A stretch of 64,000 bases of DNA from Escherichia phage IME11, in the sequence record NC_019423.1, one strand, 5' to 3'. Below are positions 1 to 12,800 of this stretch, one piece after another (within the stretch, counting starts at the first letter, position 1; every line of letters starts with the position of its first letter). The notes below the pieces were generated by a model, which worked only from the letters and a program-made list of their open reading frames with translations, did no database searches and was not told the origin of the DNA. A program made the translations under genes and the position numbers.

Positions 1-153
1 GTTTCAGTTCTATCAAGTGGTACTACGGTATTCTGGTTAAACGTCCAGAACGTCTGGCTATGATTAAGACTGTTGCTCCTCTGTAATAGTCCGAAATAAA
101 ACAAGGGGGACTAATGTCCCCCTCTTAATAAAACTAAATGAACCACAGGAAAT

Positions 154-795
154 ATGAACATGAGCATTAACGATAAACCGACCACTGACGTAGAACTGAA
201 CGTACAGGGCAACGAAGATACCGTTAACGATATTGCAATGCCTAGTGAACTTGAAGTTCTTAAGCAACGTGCAACGTTGATGAATATTAAGTTCTCTAAC
301 AACATCTCCGTTGAGAAACTTCGTGAGAAGATTGAAGCTGCACAAGCAAGTGATGAACCAGAAGTAGAAGAAGCTGCTGTTAACCCACTGGGTGCTAAAC
401 AAGAAGCAGGCGTTAAGAAGATGACCCTGGGTCAGAAGATTCGTGCAGAACAGACTCGACTGATTCGTGTACGTATCCAGAACCTTGACCCTAAGAAGAA
501 AGACCTGCCAGGTGAGATTATCACCGTAGCTAATGAATATATGGGTACTGTACGTAAGTTTGTTCCGTTCGGTGAAGTAACCGACAATGGTTATCACATT
601 CCGTACTGTATCTATGAGTTCCTTAAAGAACGTAAGTTTATCAACATTACGACTCGTAAAGGTAAGAATGGCTTACCGGATATCCGTGCAACAGAAGCAC
701 GTGAGTTCTCCATTGAGGTACTGCCACCACTGACTGAAGCAGAGCTGGCTCAACTGGCTCAAGCACAGATTGCTGCTGGTAGCCTGAACGATTAA
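154..795 (+). CDS. hypothetical protein of the late/virion module
   Basis: ATG with AGGAAAT RBS; 213 aa; same strand as vRNAP and structural genes; hairpin plus T-run downstream. Confidence 0.55.
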   Translation: MNMSINDKPTTDVELNVQGNEDTVNDIAMPSELEVLKQRATLMNIKFSNNISVEKLREKIEAAQASDEPEVEEAAVNPLGAKQEAGVKKMTLGQKIRAEQTRLIRVRIQNLDPKKKDLPGEIITVANEYMGTVRKFVPFGEVTDNGYHIPYCIYEFLKERKFINITTRKGKNGLPDIRATEAREFSIEVLPPLTEAELAQLAQAQIAAGSLND

Positions 796-815
796 CGTAT
801 AAGCTACAGTTCAAC

Positions 816-857
816 ACGGCTCACTGGGGTAACTCCGTGGGCCGTTTCTTTTTGAAC
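816..857 (+). terminator. putative rho-independent terminator
   Basis: ACGGC...GCCGT inverted repeat followed by TTTCTTTTT after the 154-795 stop. Confidence 0.4.
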
Positions 858-865
858 CAAGAGGA

Positions 866-1708
866 ATGATTATGTCTTGTTCTGCTGAGGTAGAAGCTAA
901 CCGACTCCTAGAAGAGTTAACCAAGGGTGATGATTTTACCCTTCCCATTATTGATATGACCGGACCTGAATGGGATATCCCTGGTGGGGATAATTCACCA
1001 ATCTTTTCAGAAGTACCCCGAATCACTAACGAATCCCTTACTACTCGTGAAGTTGGTGGCTCTGGTGTATTTGATGCATTAATGGAATCTGCCGGTAAGC
1101 ATCTTAAAGCTGAGTTTAAAGAGAACCGAATTACAGGTGGTGAGTACACTAAAGCCTATATCGCTACCTTGGAAGCATGTATGGGTAACGCTGTTCAATT
1201 CCTTCTGGGTCGTGACTCTGCTTACTTCCAGGCAGCACTGGCACAGATTCAAGCAGTTACTGCACGTGTTGGTTTGGCAACGGCTAAGGCTCAGTTTGTA
1301 CTTGCTAAGGTACAGGCACTGTCTACTAAGTCTGAGTATGCCTTAACTAAGATGAAACTCTCTATTGAGGGCCAGAATTACTGTGCTGCAAAGTTCAATA
1401 TGGATGAGATTCTTCCAGCTCAGGGGCGTTTACTGCAAGAGCAATATGAAGTACAACGTGCACAGACTATGGAAACACGTTCTGACTCTTTACCAATCAA
1501 AGGTAGTATTGGTAAGCAGAAGGAGTTGTATGACCAGCAGATTACTTCATATCAACGTGATGCAGAAGTTAAAGCATCTAAATTGTTTACTGATGCATGG
1601 ATTACACAGAAGACTATTGATGAAGGCTTGAATCCACCAAATGGTTTCACTAACGCAAGTATTGATACCATTTTGACCAAGCTGAAGACTAACAACGGGC
1701 TGAACTAA
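866..1708 (+). CDS. hypothetical virion-module protein (start may be the second ATG at 872)
   Basis: 280-aa ORF; GAGGA RBS before the ATG at 872; co-oriented and tightly packed with neighbours. Confidence 0.55.
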   Translation: MIMSCSAEVEANRLLEELTKGDDFTLPIIDMTGPEWDIPGGDNSPIFSEVPRITNESLTTREVGGSGVFDALMESAGKHLKAEFKENRITGGEYTKAYIATLEACMGNAVQFLLGRDSAYFQAALAQIQAVTARVGLATAKAQFVLAKVQALSTKSEYALTKMKLSIEGQNYCAAKFNMDEILPAQGRLLQEQYEVQRAQTMETRSDSLPIKGSIGKQKELYDQQITSYQRDAEVKASKLFTDAWITQKTIDEGLNPPNGFTNASIDTILTKLKTNNGLN

Positions 1709-1709
1709 T

Positions 1710-4352
1710 ATGGGTTTATTCAGTGGGAAGACCAAAGTATACGTAGCATCCTCTGTCTATAACATGGCAGGGGATATACATAAACGTCCAAACTATATGA
1801 AGACTGTAGTCATTGGTAATATTATTTCCAATACAGGATTCACTATGGCAGATACTATTTCTGATAGTTATCTGAATGGACCGGGTATTCGTATGCGACT
1901 GTTCTCTAGCTGGAGTAAGAACCACTATGATTCAGAAGTTGGTATGGCAGGTTCTTCATTAGGTGTACTGGCTAAGATTGACCCTACTGTTATAGAGGGT
2001 CAAATTACACCTCCTGCTGGAGAGTCTGTCTATGTTCAGGCAGCAGAGATAGGCTTTGCTGACTTTGAGCAATGGTGTGACCAGTATCTTTATGAGAATG
2101 CCCCAAGTCGAATCATGGAACGATTCGACATAGACATTGCTGAAGATACCAATGAAATTACTATGACCTCCTTAGATGGAGGCTCTACTATTACATTCAC
2201 ACCTACTAACTTTGAACCAGGTGCTTTGTATCTCTATGCTGACTACACATTCTATAAGTCACCTACTACTAATCCACCGGTAGAAGGTCCGACTACTGTC
2301 TATGATGATGAGGATGACTTACCCTCCACTTTATTATGGACTACCGTCTCCAGTGATACGACTGCTAATACAACTAACCTTACCAAGACTATACAGACTC
2401 ATTCTGTATACTCTGATGGCAGACCGGATGAAGACAGCACTGTCACAGAACCAAGTGTGGATAACTGGAACTCTTACGTTAAGGTTTATCGCAGAGGATT
2501 CACTGAGAAACCTGATGATGTGACTGTAGTTGTATCTGACAGAGTAATGACTCATACAAAGTTTGGTGAGATTCAATCCAGTACTGCTGTAACTACCAAT
2601 GTAGTTGATATAGGTGGTGGTGTTACTCGCACTGACACAATTACTACAACTACAGAGTCACTGGTTCGCAAGTATTCATCACAGACTACTCGTACTGATA
2701 CAGAAATGGCTGCTGCTGGTACACCTAAGATGCTTATCTATAAACAGAACTCTGGTAACGTTGCACTAGACTCACTGTTTGAAACTGAGGCTACTGATAA
2801 CCGGTTCTACCCATTCATCCCAATAAGGAACGATAAACAATGGGTAGAGAATGACCCAATCTACCCTCACTGCAAGAAGGCTCTTTATAAAGCTACCGGA
2901 GGAAAACTCAATAAAGTAACAGCAGAGCTTAAGAAGAATGATGACATTGGAGATATTCAATACATCTATGGCTCATTCGGTGTATCTCTTAATACACCAG
3001 AGGATACTGCTAAGGAATACATCTACCGTTTCTTTCAGATGGCTACTGAAGCATTCCCACCCGACCCAACTTATCCTACTTTGGAGGCAGTCATTGCAGG
3101 TTATCAGGCAGCTAATGATGCAGTTGATGACTATGTAGCATGGTGGAACAGGCAGGAAGGCCAGATTGTTGGAGCACCCCCACCGCTACCAGAATACCCG
3201 GTCATACCTAAGCGGGAGTTTAGGGTGCACAGTAATAAGCAGTACAAGTATGACATGACTATTGGCTGGAACTACGTATCTGAAACTACCCACTCAGGAC
3301 AAGCATGGGCTGGTGCTAAACAGGGACAACTACGAGCCAGGTATGCAGGAGATATAACTCTTACTCGCAAGAACATACGTACAGGTGATAGCAAAAAACT
3401 AGAGATTACCCCCACGTTTTACTCTATGCAGGAGTATGAATTACTTTGGCAGGATAGTAATAACTCTTACCGTAAACTTAGAGTACTGGGCCTACACCAT
3501 AATAACAGGGTGTATAAAAATAAATCAGTAAACATTGATGTTGCTGAGGCAATGAGTGACGCAGAAGAGAGTGGATTCATTATTCCACTACATACCAACA
3601 TCTACCGTTCCATGTCACTGGTTCGTAGCACTCAGTTATCTACTGCCTGTTCTTACTTAGTAATGAACTCATATAAAAAGGTTAAGAAAAAGTGGTATCA
3701 GTCTTCTGCCTTTAAGATTGTAGTTGTAGTGGTTGCTGTGGTTGTGTCTGTATTTACAGCTGGTGCTGGTGGTGTAGGTATACTTGGGGCATATGGTGCA
3801 GTTGGTGCATCACTAGGTTTTGTTGGATTAGCTGCTGTAATAGTTGGTGCTGTAGCAAATGCCATTGCTGGAATGATTCTGGTATCCCTTATCACAAAAG
3901 TATCCACTTCACTGTTTGGGGATAAACTAGGCTTTATCGTTGCTGCTATTGCTTCAATGGTAGCTACGAACGTTGGTACTGCTTTGTCTACTGGTACATC
4001 ATTATCTACCTTAGCAGGTGAAATGATGAATGCCCAAAACATCATGCAGCTTACCAGCTCAGTAGGTAATGGTATTAGTCAGTATATTAATGCATCCACG
4101 GCTGCTACTATTCAGAAAGCAGAGAGTGTAATGCAGCAGTACAATACTGATATGATGGCAATTAATAAGCAGTACGAAGAAATGTTTGGTACTGCTGGAC
4201 AGGGTGTAATTGACCCTATGCAATTCGTGTCAATGGAGTCGATGGAATCTTTCTTATCACGTACTCTTATGACTGGTTCGGATATAGCTGACTTGTCTTT
4301 AAACATGATTGGCAGCTACTCTGACATGACCCTTAATACTGACCTTGCTTAA
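1710..4352 (+). CDS. putative virion internal/structural protein with C-terminal Gly/Ala-rich hydrophobic segment
   Basis: 880-aa ORF; Thr/Ser-rich middle; long hydrophobic Gly/Ala/Val stretch (VVVVVAVVVSVFTAGAGGVGILGAYGAVGA...) near the C-terminus; three genes upstream of vRNAP. Confidence 0.6.
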   Translation: MGLFSGKTKVYVASSVYNMAGDIHKRPNYMKTVVIGNIISNTGFTMADTISDSYLNGPGIRMRLFSSWSKNHYDSEVGMAGSSLGVLAKIDPTVIEGQITPPAGESVYVQAAEIGFADFEQWCDQYLYENAPSRIMERFDIDIAEDTNEITMTSLDGGSTITFTPTNFEPGALYLYADYTFYKSPTTNPPVEGPTTVYDDEDDLPSTLLWTTVSSDTTANTTNLTKTIQTHSVYSDGRPDEDSTVTEPSVDNWNSYVKVYRRGFTEKPDDVTVVVSDRVMTHTKFGEIQSSTAVTTNVVDIGGGVTRTDTITTTTESLVRKYSSQTTRTDTEMAAAGTPKMLIYKQNSGNVALDSLFETEATDNRFYPFIPIRNDKQWVENDPIYPHCKKALYKATGGKLNKVTAELKKNDDIGDIQYIYGSFGVSLNTPEDTAKEYIYRFFQMATEAFPPDPTYPTLEAVIAGYQAANDAVDDYVAWWNRQEGQIVGAPPPLPEYPVIPKREFRVHSNKQYKYDMTIGWNYVSETTHSGQAWAGAKQGQLRARYAGDITLTRKNIRTGDSKKLEITPTFYSMQEYELLWQDSNNSYRKLRVLGLHHNNRVYKNKSVNIDVAEAMSDAEESGFIIPLHTNIYRSMSLVRSTQLSTACSYLVMNSYKKVKKKWYQSSAFKIVVVVVAVVVSVFTAGAGGVGILGAYGAVGASLGFVGLAAVIVGAVANAIAGMILVSLITKVSTSLFGDKLGFIVAAIASMVATNVGTALSTGTSLSTLAGEMMNAQNIMQLTSSVGNGISQYINASTAATIQKAESVMQQYNTDMMAINKQYEEMFGTAGQGVIDPMQFVSMESMESFLSRTLMTGSDIADLSLNMIGSYSDMTLNTDLA

Positions 4353-4365
4353 CAGGAGAATCCTC

Positions 4366-4809
4366 ATGGATTTGTCATTCTTAACAGGCAACCAAGCTCC
4401 ACAGCCAGCGGCTATGTCTTGGATGTCTAATAACAATCAGAATTTTAATACCCCGGCTATGAACTACAACCCAGGTGCTGCTATTGGTATGGGGGCAGGT
4501 TCGGGAGTAGCTTCCCCTACTTCTTTCATGTCTGGTTCAGCTAATCAGTTGGGCATGAACGTACCAACCTTCCAACTAGGATTAGGTGCACTTGGTTCAT
4601 TAGCTAATATTTACAGTGGTTTCCAGGCTAATAAGTTAGCCAAAGACCAGTTGAACTTTACTAAGAGTGTTACTAACACTAACCTGAATAATCAGATTAA
4701 GTCTTATAACACTGCACTGGAAGACCGTGCTCGTAGTCGTGCTACGGCAGAGAACCGTGACCAGTCTTCGGCTGATGCTTACATTGCAGCCAATAAACTA
4801 ACTCGTTAA
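4366..4809 (+). CDS. hypothetical Gly-rich virion-module protein
   Basis: Track ORF 4345-4809 begins at TTG; ATG at 4366 follows an AGGAGA RBS; low-complexity Gly/Asn-rich. Confidence 0.5.
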   Translation: MDLSFLTGNQAPQPAAMSWMSNNNQNFNTPAMNYNPGAAIGMGAGSGVASPTSFMSGSANQLGMNVPTFQLGLGALGSLANIYSGFQANKLAKDQLNFTKSVTNTNLNNQIKSYNTALEDRARSRATAENRDQSSADAYIAANKLTR

Positions 4810-4823
4810 TAGGAAACACTATC

Positions 4824-6776
4824 ATGCCGATTACATGGAGAAATGTTGATGCACCTAACTTCTCTGGGGTAGGTGACAGCATTCGCACATTTGGTAGCAT
4901 GATTGGTAACGCCACCTCCGGCTTAAGTGATGCACTGGGTAATTTCCAGAACGCTGCCAAGCAGGAGGCTGGCAATGCCGTCATGATGAATGCTATGCAG
5001 TACCAAGACCCAACTGAGTATCGTAATGCTTTGGCATCTGGTGCACTGTTTCAGGGGGTCGATCCTTCTCTGGTAAACCAGCGTACTCTCCAGAATCTGG
5101 ATGAGCGAGCAGGTACATTACTGACTCAACAAGGTCAACAGGGAACCAATGACTACAATGCTTATCGTTTTGGTCGTTTACAGAATACTGACTCTGCATT
5201 AGATAATGCTTCTCCTGCTATTCGTTTATTGTCTGAGGCTTATCAGTCTGGTGACCAGAACCGTATTAATGCTGCATTAGGTCAGACTCGTGAGGCACTA
5301 TCTGCACTCCCTGCTGACCAACAACTGGATATGTTGGGTAGTCTTCAGGGTCAAGGTGGTCAGGCTATTAACCAAGCACAGAACCGTTTTGATTTGGGTG
5401 TGGCTCAACGTAATGATGCTGATAGTCAGGCAGCTATGGGTGTAATGTCACAGATTACCCGTGGTGCTGAGAACCCTAATGATGCACGTCTGTTGGCAGA
5501 GGCATATAGCAAGAACTTGTCTCCAGTTGCTCAGGCACGTTTGCAGGGATTACTGGCTAGTGCTTATCCTGGTGTATATGGTAATGGTGTAGGTGCTGCA
5601 TCTGCTCCGGGTACTGCCGGTACTCGTCAGGGTTCCCCATATGATGTTACTTACCAGTTTGCTGGTACTTCCACTCCTATTACTCAAATGAGTATTGGTG
5701 ATGTAATCAAGCACCAGGATGGTATGAAGACGAACCAAGGTGCTTCACCTGTTGGTGCATTCCAGATTAACCAAGCTACCTTGAAAGACTTTGCTCCCAA
5801 AGTTCTCGGTTCAGATTGGCAAAGCCAGCCTCTTTCTGCTGAGAACCAGGATAAGATTGGTAAGGCTATCTTCGAACAGCGTAAGAATGGCAACCTTAAG
5901 GATACTTGGGCTGCACTTCCTAATGCTGGTGTTGGTGCATATAAGGATATGACCTGGGAAGAGATTAAACCAATTATTGCACAGGCAGAAGTTGGTGCTA
6001 ATCCGTTAGCTATGCGTCAAACTGCACAGGGTAACCAAGCTGTATCTACCTTGGCTCAGGGTATGATTGGTACTCGTTCTATGCAGGATAACACCGGTAG
6101 TCTTAATACCGACTTCCTTGGTACTGTCACTGATAATACCCCGGTAGGTGAGATTGCTAATCGACTGTTGGAAGGTGACTTTAAAGGTGCTGACCGTAAC
6201 TGGGTACTGAACCGACTAACTGATATTTCTCAACGTGGGAATATGTCACCAGCTATGGCTGCTGCTGTTATGCAACGTGCACAGACTGGCGTACCGGAAG
6301 GTTACATTAGCCGTGCTATTGATGCGGTTAACCCATTCATTACCAATGAAGCTGGTAATGGTATGCGTCTTAATGACCGTCAGGTAGAGCAGTTAATTGA
6401 GGGTGTACGTCGAGGCGAACCACTGGAAGGTAGTGTACGTAACCTGAGTCGTGCTCAGGCAGCACAGAACATTCAGGCAGCACAGACTGCTTATGATGCT
6501 GCTGTAGCTGCACTGATGAATACCCAGAACAAGATTAACACTGGACAAAGTGGTCTTACTGCATTGTTACCTGCACGACAGGAAGCTGTTACTAAAGCTG
6601 CTGCAATGCTACAAGCTGCTCAAGGACAAGTACAAGCAGACCCGGCTAACCTGGCTCCAAGAGGTTTCCAGTCACAGGCTAGTGTGGACAGAGCGCGAGC
6701 CAAGGAAGATGAAGAGCGTGCTGCTCGATACTTACGTCAGGCACAAGGTTTGCCTGAGTATATGCAACCTCGTTAA
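4824..6776 (+). CDS. putative virion protein with possible lytic-transglycosylase-like segment
   Basis: 650-aa ORF directly upstream of vRNAP; segment GAFQINQ...WAALPNAGVG weakly resembles SLT-domain motifs; strong terminator downstream. Confidence 0.5.
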   Translation: MPITWRNVDAPNFSGVGDSIRTFGSMIGNATSGLSDALGNFQNAAKQEAGNAVMMNAMQYQDPTEYRNALASGALFQGVDPSLVNQRTLQNLDERAGTLLTQQGQQGTNDYNAYRFGRLQNTDSALDNASPAIRLLSEAYQSGDQNRINAALGQTREALSALPADQQLDMLGSLQGQGGQAINQAQNRFDLGVAQRNDADSQAAMGVMSQITRGAENPNDARLLAEAYSKNLSPVAQARLQGLLASAYPGVYGNGVGAASAPGTAGTRQGSPYDVTYQFAGTSTPITQMSIGDVIKHQDGMKTNQGASPVGAFQINQATLKDFAPKVLGSDWQSQPLSAENQDKIGKAIFEQRKNGNLKDTWAALPNAGVGAYKDMTWEEIKPIIAQAEVGANPLAMRQTAQGNQAVSTLAQGMIGTRSMQDNTGSLNTDFLGTVTDNTPVGEIANRLLEGDFKGADRNWVLNRLTDISQRGNMSPAMAAAVMQRAQTGVPEGYISRAIDAVNPFITNEAGNGMRLNDRQVEQLIEGVRRGEPLEGSVRNLSRAQAAQNIQAAQTAYDAAVAALMNTQNKINTGQSGLTALLPARQEAVTKAAAMLQAAQGQVQADPANLAPRGFQSQASVDRARAKEDEERAARYLRQAQGLPEYMQPR

Positions 6777-6792
6777 AATACTTCATACTAAT

Positions 6793-6816
6793 AAAAGCCC
6801 TCCGGGGCTTTTTTCT
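6793..6816 (+). terminator. rho-independent terminator
   Basis: AGCCC-tccg-GGGCT hairpin followed by TTTTTT, directly after the 4824-6776 stop. Confidence 0.7.
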
Positions 6817-6879
6817 TTAACTGGCTTACTGTAGAGTAAGCTTCCTATATACGATATAAGTTTGAACAGGAAACATGCT

Positions 6880-9800
6880 ATGTCAACATTTGACCGTCTG
6901 GCAGGTTTCGCAGACAGCATCACTAATGCTAAGCAAGTCGATGTCTCTACTGCAACCTCTCAGAAGCAAGCTGCACAAGGGCAAAGCCCTTTCCAATTAA
7001 CCCCAGAGAACGCTTACAATCTCCAAACAGGACGAGTAGGTAATCTTGGAACTGGTGCATTCGATCCAGGTTCACTTCAGGCTGATTTCACCCAAGCCTC
7101 CCCATTAGAAATCATTAATAAGTACGGTAATGAGCAAGGTCTACAGATTCTTAATAGCCGAGCTAATGCTGCTGATGTCGTACGTCAGGACTTATCTAAA
7201 CAGCGTACTAACTCAGAAGCATTTGGCGATACTCTTTCTGGTGTTGGTCTTGGTGTTGCTAATACCCTTGGGGGCATTGCTGCTCTTGGCACAGGTCTGG
7301 TCAATGATAATGCCGGGGCATCCATTGCTTCCGGGATGGATTGGCTGAATGAAGGTGTACATAATCTACAGTCTGATGCACTGAATGCTACTCGTAAGGT
7401 TGTTCAGAATCAGAACCAGATTTCTGCACAAGAGAACCAGAAACTCTATGAAGAAGATATCAAAAATGGGGAGAGCAGTTTGGTTGCCTCCTTGTCTCGC
7501 ATTGGTCGTGACGCTTTTGATTCTGTTGCTAATACACTTGATAATGGTATGGCTGCTTCCGATGGACTGAGTGAAGGTGTTGGTTCTCTCTTTACTGGTG
7601 GTCCACTTATCCGTGGTGTGTCTGCACTAGGTAAAGTAATGGTAGGTGGGGATAAAGCTGTTAAGGGTATTACCCTAGCTGCTGAGTTAGGTTCACGTCC
7701 TGCACAGGTTGCTCTGTCTGCTGGTCGTGTTGCTGCACCTGCTGTAGCAATCGGTGGTATGGAAGCTGGTGGAGCATACCAACAGACTGCTTCTGAAATC
7801 ATGAAGATGTCTCATCAAGAGTTGGCAAGTAAGTCTCCTGTATATCGACAACATATTGCTGATGGTTTATCTCCTGATGAAGCACGCCGTCAGACTGCAT
7901 CTGAAACAGGTATTACTGCTGCTGGCTTAACTGCTCCAGTTGCTGCTGCTACTGGTCCACTGGTATCTCGTTTTGAACTTAACCCACTTAAGGTAGGTTC
8001 ACTGGCTGGTGCTGGTTCTAACATGCTCCGTGAAACTGTAGAAGAGGGTATTCAATCCGGCTTCGGTCAGTTCGCACAGAACACTGCAATTAAGGAAAAT
8101 GTTGATGCATCCCGTGACACCCTCAAAGGGGTTGGTGAGCAAGCAGGTCTGGGTGCACTCTATGGCTTTGGTAGTGCTGGAGTTGCTCAAGCTCCTGGTG
8201 CAACTGTTAAAGCTGCTGGTGCTGCCGTTGGTCCTACTGTACGTACTACCTTGGCTGGTGCTTCTCTGGTTGGTAATGCACTAGCAAAAGTAGCTTCTCC
8301 TATCACTAACATTCTGGTTCAACGTGGAGAAGAAGTTGCTAAGCGAAATGAACAAGCATCTCCTGTATCAGATGCTACCGTTAATGCTGCTGCACAAGAA
8401 GCTACTGCTCAAGCAGAACAAGCACAAGCAACCGTACAGGAAGCAGTAGATGCAATGGATATTTCTCCTGAAGAGAAAGCTGCTGCTACTCAGTATGCTG
8501 CTGACTTAACTCAGGCAATGAAGTTTGACCCAGTAGAACTGGAGCAAGCTAACCCGGCAATCCGTGAAGCTGTTTCTGGTTCCACTAACCGTGTTGAGGC
8601 TATCCAGAAGATGGCTGACTTGGTTAATACTGCCGAAGACCCTAACATTCAAATGGAAGCTGCTATTCAGATGTATGACAACATCATGTCTATGGATAGC
8701 TTCATTAACCGTGACCCAGGTGCACTAGCTAATCTGGAACAAGGCTCTCCTGCTGCTAATATTGTTGACCAGTTCTCTGGTCTGATGGCTAACGTTCAGA
8801 ATACACCGAAGGTACTTCGTGCATTCCGTGCTATTCATTCCATGATTCAGGAACAGGCTGAAGCAGGTAAACTGAAAGCTACTGAAGAAGCTAACCAAGC
8901 TCAGGCAAACAACATTGCTATGGCTGCTGATATGTCTCCAGAAGTTCTGGATGCAGATTCAGTGAACATGGTTCTGAAACATGCTAGTGAAGGTAAGATT
9001 ACACTGGGGAATCGTCAACGTGCTGCCCTGCAATCGGCTGCTGCTGTCTTACAGGGTGCACGTGAGTTCGACGCTAAGGCAGAAGAACTTGGCTTACGTC
9101 CTCAAGACATTGTTAGTAAACAGATTAAAACTGACGAATCTCGTTCTAATGAAGGCCAGTACTCTGCGTTGCAACATGCGAAACGCATTCGCTCTGCGTA
9201 CAACTCTGGTAACTTTGATTTGGCCTCCGCTTACCTTGACGACTTTATGAAGTTCGCCCAGCACATGCAGAATAAGGTCGGAGCGTTGAATGAGCATCTG
9301 ATTTCGGGGAATGCGGATAAGAATAAGTCTGTTCACTATCAGGCTCTCTCGCCTTCCCGTGAATGGGTACGTAGTCGTACTGGCCTCGGTGTTAATCCGT
9401 ATGATACCAAGTCGGTTAAGTTTGCCCAGCAAGTAGGACTGGAAGCCAAGACCGTAGCTGATATTGCTAATGCACTTGCTACGGCTTACCCGGAGCTTAA
9501 TGTTTCTCATGTTAAAGTTACTCCATTAGATTCACGTCTGGACAAGCCTGCTGCCCAGGTGGTTAAAGAGTTCCGTCAGGGCAATCTTGACGCTGCTCAA
9601 TCCCAACAGACTAATGAACCAGTGAATCAGGTTGATGAATCTCCTGCACCAGTGCAAGAGGCCACTACTACTGTACAGCCTAAAACTAAACCAGTGGTAG
9701 AAAATAAATCTGCTCCTGTTAAGGATACTAGTTCAAAACCAGAAGAAGTAACTACTACTGAGTCTGAAACAGTAGATACTGCCCTCACCAATGAGGATAC

Positions 9801-12800
9801 CACTCAGGAAGTAGCTGAAACTAAAACGGAAATGGAAACAGTGTTCCCTGTCTATAACAATGACAAGACACCGAGCCAGTTCCTTAAAGCATTTGCTCTG
9901 CCGGAAGAACCTAAGACTCGTACCATTGGTTCTGAATCTCCTTTGACTGATGTTAAGCAAGCACTGTCTTCTGCTGCTCGCTTTGAAGCATTCACACAAA
10001 AAGAAAATAACGCTCTCACGGGTGATGTGATGAAACGTTATCAAGACTTACTAGGCTTTGGTGAAACTCTGAAGAGTACTCTGTCTGACCGTCTGGCTAA
10101 GTTCCTTGCTAACAAGAATGTTGGTAAACGTTTTGCAGAGGGTACTGAGGCTAACCGTTGGGTAGGTGGCAAACTGCTGAATATCGTTGAGAAAGATGGC
10201 GACACCTTTAAGTTCAACGACCAGTTGTTGGAGACTGCTGTACTTGCTGGATTGCAATGGCGATTAACTGCTACGCAGAATGCTGCCATTAAAGACATGA
10301 AAGACGTAGCTGCTATTACTGGTGTAGAAGTATCCTTGTTACCTGATGGTATTCTGGCTGACTTTGAGAATGCTCAGACCCTGGTTGAAGCTACTAACTC
10401 ACTGGCCCAAAAGATTGAATCTTACTGGGGTTTGAATCGTAATCCAAATGCACCACTGGGTTATACCAAAGGTATCCCAATGGCAATGGCTACGGAGATT
10501 CTGTCTTCTCTCATTGAGATGGGTGAAGTTAAAGAGTCTATGCTGGATGTGTCTGAAATTGACCCAGCCTCCAATAAGACTGTTGGTCTGTATACTATTG
10601 AGAAGCTGGATGATAATGATGCCATTAATAATTTTCCTACTGCTATTGAGGAAGCTGTCCTCGTAGAACCAGAAGAGAAAATGTACTTCGGTGATGATAT
10701 TCCTTCCGTGGCTCAAACTCAGTTACGTAACCCGGCTGTTAAGAATACCCCGGAACAGCAAGCTGCTCTTAAAGCAGAACAGGCTACTGAGTTCCGTGTA
10801 CACATGCCTATGGTTAACTTCTATGAAGCATTGGGTCGTGACAACATTCTGGAACTGATGGGTGCTGGTACTCTTAATCCTGAATTACTGAACGTAAACA
10901 CTGCTAAATCATTGGAAGGTAAAAACCTGTCCGTGTCTATGGCATACGATTCCTTGTTTGGGGTAATCAATCAGGTTCAGGAACAGGAGAACGGACTGGA
11001 TACACCTATTCACTATGGTTACAACATGACCCGTGTAGGTCGTATGCAGATGCTTGGTAAGAATAACCCACAATCCAGTAAGCTGGTTCGTGAAGCAATT
11101 CTGCCAACCTTCTCTACTATCGACTTGAGTAATGAAAACAGCCAAACGTTCTCAGACTTCCAGTTAGGTCTGGCTCAGGCATTAGGCATCAAGGTACATA
11201 ACATGTCCCGTGAAGCTATGTCTGAAAAGCTGACTAAAGCTCTGGAAGGTAATCTGAAACCTGCTGTTGATATGATGGTTGAGTTTGATAAGTCTGGTCA
11301 CTTACCTACTGATGCAGTGGATATTCTGAAGACCTCTTTAGGTGGCGATAAATCATTCGTAGCTCTCATGGCTCTGATGGAATATGCCCGTTACCTGAAT
11401 AGTAACGACCGTGCTAATTTTAATACCCCACTGTACGTTGAAGCCGATGGTGTAACCAACGGACCAATTAACGCAATGGTATTAATGACCGGTGGTAAGT
11501 TCACTCCAGACTGGATTAAGAATACTGCTAAAGGTGGTTTGTTCTTCGGTAAAGCTGGTAAGACTATGAACGAGCATCGTTCACAGGATGACAGTGTTGA
11601 CCTGTATGAAGCATCTACTAATGGTCTGCAACAGGCACTTGGTGAATTACGTAGTACTTACCGTAACAACGTTCCTGTTATGAGCCAGATGAGTCATCTC
11701 CAGAAGTTAATGGACCTGTTCATCAAAGACTTTAACCTGAATGAAGACGGTACACTGGACCTGAAACGTGGTATCGCTAAAAATCCACTAACCATTACCA
11801 TCTATGGTTCTGGTGCTCGTGGTATTGCTGGCAAGATGGTTAGTGCAATTACTGATACCATCTACGAACGCTTCAGCGACGTTCTGCAAGCTCGTGCTGC
11901 TGACCCTAGCATTTCCCCGGCTATGGCAATGTTTGGTAAGGAGGCTGCATCTGAGGCCGATGCTCAGGCTATGCTGGATACTTTCCTTACTTCTATGGAA
12001 GCACTGACTGGTAATGTTCCAGTTATGCGTAAGGGTGAGTTGTCTATTCAGCAAGCAGAAGGTGCTCTGACTGGTAAGTTAGACCCACAGAAGTTTACTG
12101 TATCTGGTAATGCCCTGAAGAACTTACAAGAGAACATGCTTCACCTGTTCGTTGAACCAATGCGTACTGGTATCCGAAATACTGTTGGTGAAGGTCTGAT
12201 GCATTCTACTGAGAACTTACAGAAGGCTACCCAGATTCAATCTCTGGTATTGCAGGATATGTTCCAACAAGCAGTACAGGCTAAACTGGCAGAAAAAGAA
12301 AAAGACCCAACATGGAAGAAAGGTGATTTCTTAACACAGAAAGAACTGAATGAAATTCAGGAATCATTATCTCCACTGGCTCCAATGATTGAGACTGGCT
12401 CACAGACTTTCTACATTGCTGGTAGTGAGAACACTGATGTTGCTAACCAAGTACTGGCTACTAACTTAGATGACCGTATGCGTGTGCCAATGAGCATCTA
12501 TGCTCCTTCACAAGCAGGTGTTGCAGGTATTCCATTTATGACCATCGGTACTGGTGACGGCATGATGATGCAGACCCTTTCTACTATGAAAGGTGCTCCG
12601 AAGAATACCCTGAAAATCTTTGATGGTATGAACATTGGTATCAATGACATCACTGATGCAAGTCGTAAAGCTAATGAGGCTGTATATACTTCCTGGCAGG
12701 GTAACCCTATCAAGAATGTTTATGACTCCTTTGCTAAGTTCATGAAGAACGTAGACTTCAGCAAACTGTCTGATGAAACCAAACAGGCTATCGCTAAATC

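Noticed and set aside
64-597. 177-aa minus-strand ORF overlapping the 154-795 plus-strand gene
   Set aside because: Antisense to a plus-strand gene that has a good RBS and sits in a co-oriented operon; composition is Phe/Leu/Cys-rich and looks random.
7446-7802. 118-aa minus-strand ORF inside the vRNAP gene
   Set aside because: Antisense to a well-supported coding frame with conserved polymerase motifs; Ala/Pro/Ser-rich composition typical of a spurious reverse-frame ORF.
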